Shown: positions 17,948-26,696 of the stretch, one piece after another
Layout of the letters: each line of letters starts with the position of its first letter
How positions within the stretch are numbered: the first letter of the stretch is position 1
Source of the DNA: an uncultured Candidatus Saccharibacteria bacterium
GTDB taxonomy: Bacteria > Patescibacteriota > Dojkabacteria > B142 > OLB20
DNA length: 64,000 bases
NCBI GenBank assembly: GCA_964461915.1
Contig: CAYWVD010000001.1
Span: 90,211-154,210, forward strand
Reading direction: 5' to 3'
Made by a program: the position numbers and the translations under genes
The notes under the pieces: generated by a model
What the model saw: the letters and a program-made list of their open reading frames with translations, nothing else
Database searches by the model: none
What the model was told of the DNA's origin: nothing

Positions 17948-19174
17948 ATGCAAGAAACAACTCAAATTAATGAAATCCCTGAAGTCTCTGATCAAAAGCC
18001 TATCGAGGCAAAACCTAAAAAACTAATGGACAAAAAAGCAATCTACCTAGCAACTGGAGCATTGGTATTTGTTTGTCTTACCATTATTTTAGCTATATTT
18101 TTATTGCCCAAATTAATAAATTGGGAAAAAGATGCTGATGTAGATACTAATCCCTCAATTTCTCCCACTGCTTCAGTTCCTCAGGAGATAACAGTCTCTC
18201 CAACTTTTGATGAAAATCCTTATGAAACCGATGGAAATCCAATAAATGTTTATAAGTATATAGGGAATCAAATTAGTCCTTCGGATTTAGTTAAATATGA
18301 GGGCGGCCCAGTTGATTGTCAGCCTCTTTCATTCGATCCATCAAAAGACAAATATACATTAGAGAATGTAGAAGGGACTCCTTCAAAACTATATAAAATC
18401 GAAGGTTTTGATGATGGAATGATGATGATTAATGGATGGTTATCTGAGGGGTCTGAAAAAATTAATATAGATAATACATATTCAGTCAATTTTTACCAAT
18501 TTGGATGTGCCAGTTCTACAAGCTATACTCTTGATATTTTGAAGAATAAGACTAGGCAAAGATATTTTACACAAGTCGAAAATTTTGAATTTTCTGAAGA
18601 TGGTAAATTTGCCTATATTATTTTTAATTCATTAAATGATAGGAAAATAAACCGTGTGATATATGATGTGGTAAATAATACGATCAAAGATATCCCAACA
18701 TTACCATGTAACTCTTTCGATGCTTTTTGGCAACAGGACAGACTTTTAACTTATCATAAGAATTTCGATTCAAGTGAATACACAACTGACCTATGTATTT
18801 GGGATAAATCAGCGAACCTTATTGCTAGATCAAATCTAACCACTTATTGGTCATCTGCATCAAGAGATATTTTAAGTGAAAAGATTGGATTATTACCAGA
18901 AAATAAGAATATTCTATATTTCTACACCTCATCATCTTCAGACTACAACAATAAGTGTACGCTTTACACTGTTGATTTGGAAAATACTCCAAGCAAAGTT
19001 AAATCCGCACTCATTTTAGGAAAAGGTGAGTTTAAATGTGTAGAGCCGGAAGTTCAGTTTGATTTTATCGGAATGAAATCTGCAATCGGGACATTCAGCT
19101 TTAGATATAACAAAGCTGGATCTGATTCCGATACAAAATCGTGGTCAGAATGGAATGTTGTGACTACAAAATAG
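17948..19174 (+). CDS. Hypothetical bitopic membrane or secreted protein (N-terminal TM, about 350-aa ectodomain)
   Basis: Single N-terminal hydrophobic helix 'AIYLATGALVFVCLTIILAIFLL'; Ser/Thr/Asn-rich ectodomain; no family recognised. Confidence 0.4.
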   Translation: MQETTQINEIPEVSDQKPIEAKPKKLMDKKAIYLATGALVFVCLTIILAIFLLPKLINWEKDADVDTNPSISPTASVPQEITVSPTFDENPYETDGNPINVYKYIGNQISPSDLVKYEGGPVDCQPLSFDPSKDKYTLENVEGTPSKLYKIEGFDDGMMMINGWLSEGSEKINIDNTYSVNFYQFGCASSTSYTLDILKNKTRQRYFTQVENFEFSEDGKFAYIIFNSLNDRKINRVIYDVVNNTIKDIPTLPCNSFDAFWQQDRLLTYHKNFDSSEYTTDLCIWDKSANLIARSNLTTYWSSASRDILSEKIGLLPENKNILYFYTSSSSDYNNKCTLYTVDLENTPSKVKSALILGKGEFKCVEPEVQFDFIGMKSAIGTFSFRYNKAGSDSDTKSWSEWNVVTTK

Positions 19175-19240
19175 GCAAAAATCCTATTACTATCTAAATA
19201 ATTAATGGCTATAATAAATAAATAGTCTCTGCTAACTGCC

Positions 19241-20980
19241 GTGAATACTTTTGTTAAATTCTATAAATTTGTTTGGAGATATAAGGGAACTTTTCTCTGG
19301 GCAACCTTTTTATTGATAATTTCTCAAATTATTTATAATTTTGGAAATTATTATGTTCAATATTTAGTAGATGCGGCTAATACACCACATACGGCTCCTT
19401 ATGACTTTATTAATATTATTGCTGCATTTATTGCAATAATGTTATTTAGTATGGTTTTGAGTACTATAGCATGGACTGTTTCAGACAATAATTCTTTTAA
19501 GAGCGGCAGGGACTTACGAATAAAAGTACTATCCCAATTACATGATTTAGATTTTGCTTACCATGCCAACAAAAAAAGTGGATCGCTAATTTCATTGATA
19601 CGGCGCGGTGACGGTGCCTTTTTTAGTTTTTACCATGAACTTAATAAAGAAATTCTTCTAATTATTGTCGATTTCGTCTTTATTATCATTGCATTTGCAT
19701 CCATTGACTTTCGATTTGTAGCAATAATCTTAGTCTCAGTTGTTTTCATGTTAATAAGTACAGTCTTTTTATTAAGAGAAAATATTAAATCAAGAGCAAA
19801 ATTTAACAAAACGGAAGACGATATTTCAGGCATAATCGCTGATAATTTAATCAATTTTGAAACTGTTAAATTTTTTGCTAAAGAAAAATTTGAAAGACAT
19901 AGATTAGTTAAAAAGTTCCAAGAATGGCTGGCAAATCTTTGGGGATATTCATTTTCATTTAGACTTATTGGAATAGTAATAAGTTTAATTGAGGTATTTT
20001 CAATGGCCTTAATATTCTACGTGTGTGTGAATCTATTTCAATTCGGCGATTTATCTAATGGAGCTTTTGTTTTAGTAATTACATTTACTATTCGATTTTA
20101 TCCTCAGATGTTCAATTTGATCTTTAGATTAAGAGAAATTGCTAAAAATCACACTGACCTTGAAAAGTATATGAATATACTCGAAATCGAACCTCAGATA
20201 AAAGATAATAAAGGTGCTATTGAACTCAATAAAGCAAAAGGTGCAATTGAATTTAAGAATGTGTTCTTTGGATATAAGCCAGAAAACAGAGTTTTAGATG
20301 GGTTTAATCTTTCAATTAAACCTCATGAATCAGTTGCCTTTGTTGGAACATCCGGGGCTGGGAAAACTACTCTAGTGAAATTGTTATTAAGATTCTATGA
20401 TGTAGATGCCGGAGAAATTTTAATTGATGGTAAAAATATTAAAGATGTTAAAAAAAGCTCTCTAAGAGCTAATATTGGCTTAGTCCCACAAGAACCCGTC
20501 CTTTTTAACGATACAATTAAATACAATATTTCCTACCCTAAAAATAATATATCCATGGATGAGATCGAGAAGGCCGCGAGACACGCTAACCTTAACGATT
20601 TTATTAATAAACTTCCTGAAAAATATGAGACCGAAGTTGGAGAAAGAGGGATAAAATTATCCGGCGGTCAAAAACAAAGGTTGGCAATAGCTAGAGCTTT
20701 CTTGGCTGATACATCCGTTGTAGTCTTTGACGAGGCGACAAGTCAATTGGATTCATTCTCCGAAAAGCTCATACAAGATGCATTCTGGCGAGTCGCAAAA
20801 AACAAAACCTCAATAATAATTGCTCATAGGCTATCAACTGTGATGCGAGCAGATAGAATAATTGTCCTTCAAAACGGCAAAATTGTTGAAGAAGGTACAC
20901 ATAAACAACTTTCTTCTCGAAAGAACGGAGTTTATAAGGGCCTCTGGGAAATGCAAAGAGGCGGTATGCTTGTTGAGTAA
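19241..20980 (+). CDS. ABC transporter, fused permease/ATPase type-1 exporter (MsbA/MdlB-like)
   Basis: 6-TM N-terminal domain; Walker A 'GTSGAGKTT', signature 'LSGGQKQRLAIARAF', Walker B 'VVVFDEATS'. Confidence 0.9.
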   Translation: MNTFVKFYKFVWRYKGTFLWATFLLIISQIIYNFGNYYVQYLVDAANTPHTAPYDFINIIAAFIAIMLFSMVLSTIAWTVSDNNSFKSGRDLRIKVLSQLHDLDFAYHANKKSGSLISLIRRGDGAFFSFYHELNKEILLIIVDFVFIIIAFASIDFRFVAIILVSVVFMLISTVFLLRENIKSRAKFNKTEDDISGIIADNLINFETVKFFAKEKFERHRLVKKFQEWLANLWGYSFSFRLIGIVISLIEVFSMALIFYVCVNLFQFGDLSNGAFVLVITFTIRFYPQMFNLIFRLREIAKNHTDLEKYMNILEIEPQIKDNKGAIELNKAKGAIEFKNVFFGYKPENRVLDGFNLSIKPHESVAFVGTSGAGKTTLVKLLLRFYDVDAGEILIDGKNIKDVKKSSLRANIGLVPQEPVLFNDTIKYNISYPKNNISMDEIEKAARHANLNDFINKLPEKYETEVGERGIKLSGGQKQRLAIARAFLADTSVVVFDEATSQLDSFSEKLIQDAFWRVAKNKTSIIIAHRLSTVMRADRIIVLQNGKIVEEGTHKQLSSRKNGVYKGLWEMQRGGMLVE

Positions 20981-21079
20981 AAAAACTTCTAGTAAAGAAC
21001 TTCTTCCAAGAATTTTCAAAAAGTTAAGAAAAAATTAAGTTTATTCAATTAGAATCTTCGCATGTTAAAGGTTTTAATT

Positions 21080-21193
21080 ATGAATTCTCAAATACTTACA
21101 TTTCTAAATTATTTTCTAATTAGCGTTCTAATTTTATCCATATTCTCTTTTTTAAATGGGTTTATTAATTATTTAAAAAACAAGAAAAATTAA
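21080..21193 (+). CDS. 37-aa single-TM micro-protein (MNSQILTFLNYFLISVLILSIFSFLNGFINYLKNKKN), just upstream of the pilin gene
   Basis: ATG-initiated small ORF below the ORF-track cutoff; hydrophobic core; its position suggests a T4SS accessory peptide. Confidence 0.3.
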   Translation: MNSQILTFLNYFLISVLILSIFSFLNGFINYLKNKKN

Positions 21194-21212
21194 CATTTTA
21201 TTTATAATTTTT

Positions 21213-21548
21213 ATGAAGACAAAAATATTTAAGGCTGCCACTAAGTTCATTGCAATCCCTTTGGCTGGTGCTTTATCAAGTACCTACATAAGAGCAGAAG
21301 GTTCAGTAATTTCATTCCCAAGTCTTGATAATTTGCTTTGGAGCATAGTTGCCACTATTCAATATTACACCCTGCCGGTGATGGCAATAGGGCTCGTTTT
21401 ATTAGGCATAAAATTAGTTTCTAGCGGTGATGATACTGCAACTAAAGATATGGTGAAATCTTGGATGGTAAAGATCTTAATTGGTGGAATTTTAATTTTT
21501 GGTGCAAGTATGATTGCCAACTTAATTAAAACAGCAGTAGGAGGATAA
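21213..21548 (+). CDS. VirB2/TrbC-like T4SS pilin (signal peptide plus two hydrophobic helices)
   Basis: 111 aa; signal-like N-terminus, then 'LPVMAIGLVLLGIKLV' and 'ILIGGILIFGASMIANLI' helices; first gene of the VirB-like cluster. Confidence 0.5.
   Translation: MKTKIFKAATKFIAIPLAGALSSTYIRAEGSVISFPSLDNLLWSIVATIQYYTLPVMAIGLVLLGIKLVSSGDDTATKDMVKSWMVKILIGGILIFGASMIANLIKTAVGG
21540..21545 (+). promoter_or_regulatory. Shine-Dalgarno GGAGGA for the VirB6-like gene (inside the pilin gene 3' end)
   Basis: GGAGGA 3-4 nt before the ATG at 21549. Confidence 0.35.
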
Positions 21549-23420
21549 ATGAAAAAATATTTCAAAAAATTTAATTTGAAAGCTTTAAGTGATTCTTATC
21601 GAGTAGCTCGAAATAACTTTCTTGTGTTAAAAGCTAAGAAGAGGCGTTTAGCAATAATTATCTTATCAACATGGGCTTTCCTAGTAATAACAATTAGTAT
21701 TATTACTATCCTGAATATTTTCAATATTTGGGAAAAAAATACTTATCAACCGGTTGAGCAAAAGGAGCAAGTTGAACAACAAAATTTTTACCCAAATACT
21801 GGTTCGGAAAATGTTTATATCACTCAAATTAAAAACAGTTTGCAATCTACATCAACTCTATTTGATAATTTTATTGCTTTTACTCCTGATCCAACTGGAA
21901 AGTCAAAGTGCTTTAAGCAAGAAAGTTTGATTTGCGAATTAAATTTTTTACCTCAAGCGACCTTAACATTCCCTGCTACAAATGTTTCAATGCCTTCTAC
22001 CCAAAAAATTATTAATACTTTACTAGCCTTAGTTGTCCCTTTTGGCTTCATTTTAATATCAATACAAGGATTTAATTTCCTAGTTGCTGAAAATACAGCA
22101 GAATTAAAAAGTTTTTTATTCCGAGTTTTAGGCGGAATAGTTTTATTAATCATTACTCCATACATCTTGAGTATCTCAATTATGCTCGTTAACCAGTTAT
22201 CAAGCTTTTTATTAGGAAATTCGACTTTAACGGAATTTATTTCAAAATTTGTTGAAAGCCTTGAAAGTGAAACCCCAAACAATCTCTTTCAAGAATTATT
22301 AAAGAACTTTTTTGAACTTGGAAATAATGGTGGGATTAATCCCCTCAGTTATTTATATGCGATACCAGTAATAATCCCATTAAGCCTAATTTTTCTATTG
22401 TTATTATATATAAGTTTTCAATTCATCCTTAGATTTTTAAATTTATATTTTTTATCAGCAGTTTACCCATTTACTATAGTTTTTTCTTTTCATCCAAAAA
22501 CAACACAGATAGTGTCTAACTACTGGAAGCAATGGACTACATTTATAATTCAACAGCCGGTATTTGTTCTAGGATTCGTAATCATTAAAGAGGTTTTATT
22601 CAGCCTTTTCGATAATGGATTATCATTAGAAGTGATGATAATTTTTATAGGCCTCTTACTCTTTTTAGGAACAATTTCAGTTTTTGCATCAAGATTATGG
22701 GGCGATATATATACAGCGGTTGCCAATAATGTTTCTGCTGGTATAGCTGCCAACATGGTGAAAACTTCATTCATCGATAAACCTCTTGAATACGCAGGTA
22801 GATTAGCAAGTATTAAATCGGAGCAAAGTCTTGCTGGAATTTCGAAAAAATATCTTGATACAGAGTCTGCTCCAGCAGAGGAATCTAAGTCTAATACTAA
22901 CAAATCCCCTGAGAAAACTCCTTATAAAAGCCAGCTTGCAAAAGAACTTCAAGGCGGTGGGTTTTCTGTAAATGAATTACCAAATGGCAAGATAAGTACC
23001 AGCGGAAATTTTTATATGGATTCTAAAGATAATTCTGCAATTCAAAAATTATATATAAGCCCCCAAGATGCCCTAAAAGATGGAGTTAAGCCACAAAATA
23101 TTGGGAGCCAAAGAATATCAAATTTAACTCTACAAGACACTTCAAATACCAAAAAAATTGGAGCATATAATGGTGGGATTAAAGACTATGCAGGGGAAAA
23201 TTCAGGTCATGCCAAAAATATTAGCCTAAACTATAAAAGTACAGATAACAAAGTCAAAGAGAATATGACCATGGCTCGTAGCTACAATTTTATTAAAGGT
23301 GTCCAAGCTATCGGAGTTAAAAACGATGTGCAAAATGGTGATAAGTCAATATTGGGAGATAACATTATAAAAATTCATACTTATAAAGAGGTTTTAAAAA
23401 ATAAAAATGCAGGCTATTAG
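21549..23420 (+). CDS. VirB6/TrbL-like polytopic inner-membrane channel protein with a hydrophilic C-terminal tail
   Basis: 623 aa, at least 6 TM segments in the central region, about 220-aa Ser/Asn/Lys-rich C-terminal tail; positioned between pilin and VirB3/VirB4 as in Gram-positive T4SS. Confidence 0.5.
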   Translation: MKKYFKKFNLKALSDSYRVARNNFLVLKAKKRRLAIIILSTWAFLVITISIITILNIFNIWEKNTYQPVEQKEQVEQQNFYPNTGSENVYITQIKNSLQSTSTLFDNFIAFTPDPTGKSKCFKQESLICELNFLPQATLTFPATNVSMPSTQKIINTLLALVVPFGFILISIQGFNFLVAENTAELKSFLFRVLGGIVLLIITPYILSISIMLVNQLSSFLLGNSTLTEFISKFVESLESETPNNLFQELLKNFFELGNNGGINPLSYLYAIPVIIPLSLIFLLLLYISFQFILRFLNLYFLSAVYPFTIVFSFHPKTTQIVSNYWKQWTTFIIQQPVFVLGFVIIKEVLFSLFDNGLSLEVMIIFIGLLLFLGTISVFASRLWGDIYTAVANNVSAGIAANMVKTSFIDKPLEYAGRLASIKSEQSLAGISKKYLDTESAPAEESKSNTNKSPEKTPYKSQLAKELQGGGFSVNELPNGKISTSGNFYMDSKDNSAIQKLYISPQDALKDGVKPQNIGSQRISNLTLQDTSNTKKIGAYNGGIKDYAGENSGHAKNISLNYKSTDNKVKENMTMARSYNFIKGVQAIGVKNDVQNGDKSILGDNIIKIHTYKEVLKNKNAGY

Positions 23421-23688
23421 AATTTATAAAATAAAAATTCGAGAAAATATATTAAGGCAAATAATCTTTACCAATAAAAATATATTTATCGGCCTATTGG
23501 TATTAAATATCGCATTGATTTGGCTGATAGCGGGGACTCTTCCGATGGGCTTCAGGCTTTTGATTTCACTACTTTGTTCTGGTGTATCCCTATTAATATT
23601 CACAATGAAAATTGATGGACAATCTTTAATTAAAATATTTATTAGGATGGCAAAATTTACTTTTATAAATAAGAAATATCGCGGATGA
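23407..23688 (+). CDS. VirB3-like small 2-TM protein
   Basis: 93 aa, two hydrophobic helices, immediately upstream of VirB4. Confidence 0.4.
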   Translation: MQAIRIYKIKIRENILRQIIFTNKNIFIGLLVLNIALIWLIAGTLPMGFRLLISLLCSGVSLLIFTMKIDGQSLIKIFIRMAKFTFINKKYRG

Positions 23689-24200
23689 ATTACCCCTTAA
23701 GTATAAAAAACAATTTAATAATTTATTTCAAATCCATAATTGCAGTTTACGAACTCGATCCAGTCGATCTATTCATACTTCCTGAGGGGGATCAAGAGAT
23801 TTTTATTAAAGATATGGGCAACACACTAAATTCAATTAAGGATTCAGAAATCCAAATCATAATGAGAACGCGCAATGCACTCCCAGAAGATCTTAATACA
23901 CATCTAAATACCTTCAATAAATTCGAAGAAGACATGACAATAAATAAAACCTTAATTCAAAAGTATTCTGAAGATCTTACTGAACTTATTTCCAAGAATA
24001 TCATCCCAATAAAGGAATATTTTTTACTTATCAAACAAAACTGCGAGGTTAGTAAATCCGAGCAATTGACTAAAGGAATTAATTCCCTTGAACGAAAAGT
24101 CTCTCGAATTTTTAATAATATAAATTCTACTGGCATTGGCTTAAAGCAAATAACAGGAAAAGATTTAGATAAATTTTTAATTACCTTCACTAGATCATGA
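23685..24200 (+). CDS. VirB4 N-terminal-domain-like protein, read as the split 5' part of VirB4
   Basis: 171-aa ORF overlapping the ATPase ORF by ATGA; combined length of about 760 aa matches full-length VirB4/TraE/TcpF. Confidence 0.4.
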   Translation: MNYPLSIKNNLIIYFKSIIAVYELDPVDLFILPEGDQEIFIKDMGNTLNSIKDSEIQIIMRTRNALPEDLNTHLNTFNKFEEDMTINKTLIQKYSEDLTELISKNIIPIKEYFLLIKQNCEVSKSEQLTKGINSLERKVSRIFNNINSTGIGLKQITGKDLDKFLITFTRS

Positions 24201-25969
24201 TCACCTCAATCACCAAAGGGTTTCAATGGTATATCAGTGTTTGCGAATCGTTAGGAAAAGATTTTGCAAAGTTATTATTCTTTTTCGAAAAGAAAAAGAG
24301 CCAGGATGAATTTAGCCTAATTAAAAATCATCTTCAAAAAAAAGATGAAACACATTTAAAAAAGTTTTCATTCGATTCAATAATTGAAAAAGATAGATCC
24401 CTTTTGATCGGAGATAAACATCATCGAATTTTTTATTTAGCAGACTTGCCTCCATTTGTCTTCTACTCAACGATATTTAAATTAATCAATTTACCTATTC
24501 CGCTAACTTTTTCTTATCACATTAAAGATACCAACAAGGCATTAATGATTAGGGCTTGTAGAGCAAGGCTTAGCGTTCTAGAAAGTTCTAAAAATTCTGA
24601 TTTGAAGAAAAATAAAAATCCGAGTCCCGAGCTTGTCAAAGAAATTGAAGAATTAACTGTATATATTAACGATTTAGTTTACGATAAAGAAAAATCTTTC
24701 CTATTAAGCCTATATATAGAAATCCGAGCAGATACAAACAATCAACTCATAGAGTTTTCGAAAGTCCTGCAAGATGCCGGCTCAGACTTGGAATTTGTTT
24801 TTAACACTTATTCATTTGCTCAAAAAAAGGCCCTCGATTCAATAATGCCAATTTGTAACGATTCCGTTAAAGAAAGTCACCTTTTGCAAACTTCGGCCAT
24901 GGTCAATCTGCTTCCATTTTTAAGTAGGAATTTAAATGACCCCTCAGGAATATTCTTTGGTGTCGATCATTTTACCAATAGTTTAATTTTGTTAGACATT
25001 TTTAAAGCAAGGAATGCGAATATTAATATTTTCGGAACTTCGGGGTCGGGCAAATCCGTAACAGCAAAGTTATTAATGATGCGTTTTGTTTTGCGAGGTG
25101 TACAAAACTTAATTCTTGACCCCGAAGGTGAATATGTCGGTTTAACAAAAGCTTTAAAGGGGAAAGTATATCAGTTCGATTCAAATAATGGGATAGATCC
25201 ATTTCTGCTTTTACAGGCGTTAGATTGTGAAAAGGCTGATTTAGTTCAAATTATTAAACATTTTTTAAAGTTTTTCATTCAAGACAAGAATTATGATATG
25301 GCTTTACTAGATGAGCTTATAGTAAATTTTATTAAAAGCAAATCTATCCAAACATTTAATTCGTTTTTTATTTTCGTTCAAAAGAAGCTTGGAAAGTCTA
25401 ATGGCATAGTTGTTGACTTAAAACAGCTTATAACAGGGTCCTTAGCAGGCCTTTATACAAATAGTACAAATATTAACTTGTCAAACCAAATAATTTGTTT
25501 TGACTTATCTTTACTGAAAACTGATGAGCAAAAATTACCTTTAATGTACCTTCTTGGTAATGTTATTAATAAACTCTTAGACCTATCGGGAACAAGGAGA
25601 ATGGTTTTTATCGATGAGGCGCATAAATTCATCAAAGATAAAAATAATACTGATTTTTATGTGAACTTGGTTAAAACAGCAAGAAAAAGGAAAGCTGGTG
25701 TTGTAACAATCACACAAAATCCAGAAGATTTTAAAGAATCGGATAATTCAAAAACAATTATTACTCAAGCCGAAACGACAATTTTACTAAAACAAGCTGC
25801 CGCCTCAATTAATTTTATTAATCGCTTTGGGCTTTTTAAATTAAGTGATCGAGAATGCACAGATTTATCAGTATTTGGTGTGGGTGAAGCACTTTTCATT
25901 CGAGAAAAAGAACATATATATATTGATATTTTCCCATTCAAAAGTGAAAGGGAATTGGTTTTTACTTAG
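24197..25969 (+). CDS. VirB4-family T4SS ATPase (C-terminal ATPase portion)
   Basis: Walker A 'NIFGTSGSGKSVTAKLL', Walker B 'MVFIDEAHKF'; 590 aa. Confidence 0.85.
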   Translation: MITSITKGFQWYISVCESLGKDFAKLLFFFEKKKSQDEFSLIKNHLQKKDETHLKKFSFDSIIEKDRSLLIGDKHHRIFYLADLPPFVFYSTIFKLINLPIPLTFSYHIKDTNKALMIRACRARLSVLESSKNSDLKKNKNPSPELVKEIEELTVYINDLVYDKEKSFLLSLYIEIRADTNNQLIEFSKVLQDAGSDLEFVFNTYSFAQKKALDSIMPICNDSVKESHLLQTSAMVNLLPFLSRNLNDPSGIFFGVDHFTNSLILLDIFKARNANINIFGTSGSGKSVTAKLLMMRFVLRGVQNLILDPEGEYVGLTKALKGKVYQFDSNNGIDPFLLLQALDCEKADLVQIIKHFLKFFIQDKNYDMALLDELIVNFIKSKSIQTFNSFFIFVQKKLGKSNGIVVDLKQLITGSLAGLYTNSTNINLSNQIICFDLSLLKTDEQKLPLMYLLGNVINKLLDLSGTRRMVFIDEAHKFIKDKNNTDFYVNLVKTARKRKAGVVTITQNPEDFKESDNSKTIITQAETTILLKQAAASINFINRFGLFKLSDRECTDLSVFGVGEALFIREKEHIYIDIFPFKSERELVFT

Positions 25970-25982
25970 ACAATAAAATTTT

Positions 25983-26696
25983 ATGAAGGAAGAAGAACAA
26001 GCTGAATCAAATATTTTCAAAGTTACTGAGAATATTTTTTCAGGGATACTTGATATTGCATCTCTATTTACCAAAACTGGAAAAGCATTAAAACTTTTAA
26101 ATTCAAAAAACAATATTAATTATATACTTATCTTATTCTTTGTAATCTGTCTATGCGCAATATCCATTTTAATGTTCAGTCTTTCAATTAAATCAATATC
26201 TACAGATAATACTTATGGATACATGATTTATCATGATTTTGTTGATAGTGGGATTCCTCATTTATCTCCATTCGGTGGAGCTAAATATCAAATAACCACG
26301 GCTGATTTTCATGACTTAAATTATTATCAATATTATGGTAGGTGGCATCAAGGTATGGATTTAGTTCCAAATCAAAAATATTATCAAGAAGATTCAGGTT
26401 ATCTTGATTACAAAGATGTTTTAATTTATGCAACTTGTTCTGGAAATGCCAAGTCCCTTGTGGATTCGGCTGGTGCGAACTATATCTACCTTATTTGCGA
26501 TGGAGGGCTATATGCCTTGTTTTTTGTGCATAATAAATACAATTTAATTGAAAAAAACCATCAAGCTAAAGTAATTGCAGGACAGCCCATAGCAGTTATG
26601 GGTAATACTGGGAATTCTTTTGGTGCGCATGTCCATTATGCAATTAAAGATTTAAAAACTAATTCTTTTCTTGATCCAAAACTTTTTATGAATTAG
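25983..26696 (+). CDS. Membrane-anchored M23-family peptidoglycan endopeptidase (VirB1-like wall-opening function)
   Basis: N-terminal TM; 'HQGMD' (HxxxD) and 'GAHVHYAI' (HxH) zinc motifs. Confidence 0.8.
   Translation: MKEEEQAESNIFKVTENIFSGILDIASLFTKTGKALKLLNSKNNINYILILFFVICLCAISILMFSLSIKSISTDNTYGYMIYHDFVDSGIPHLSPFGGAKYQITTADFHDLNYYQYYGRWHQGMDLVPNQKYYQEDSGYLDYKDVLIYATCSGNAKSLVDSAGANYIYLICDGGLYALFFVHNKYNLIEKNHQAKVIAGQPIAVMGNTGNSFGAHVHYAIKDLKTNSFLDPKLFMN

Noticed and set aside
20981-21079. Possible terminator hairpin after the ABC exporter gene
   Set aside because: The repeated 'aacttct' segments are direct, not inverted, so no stable stem can be formed.
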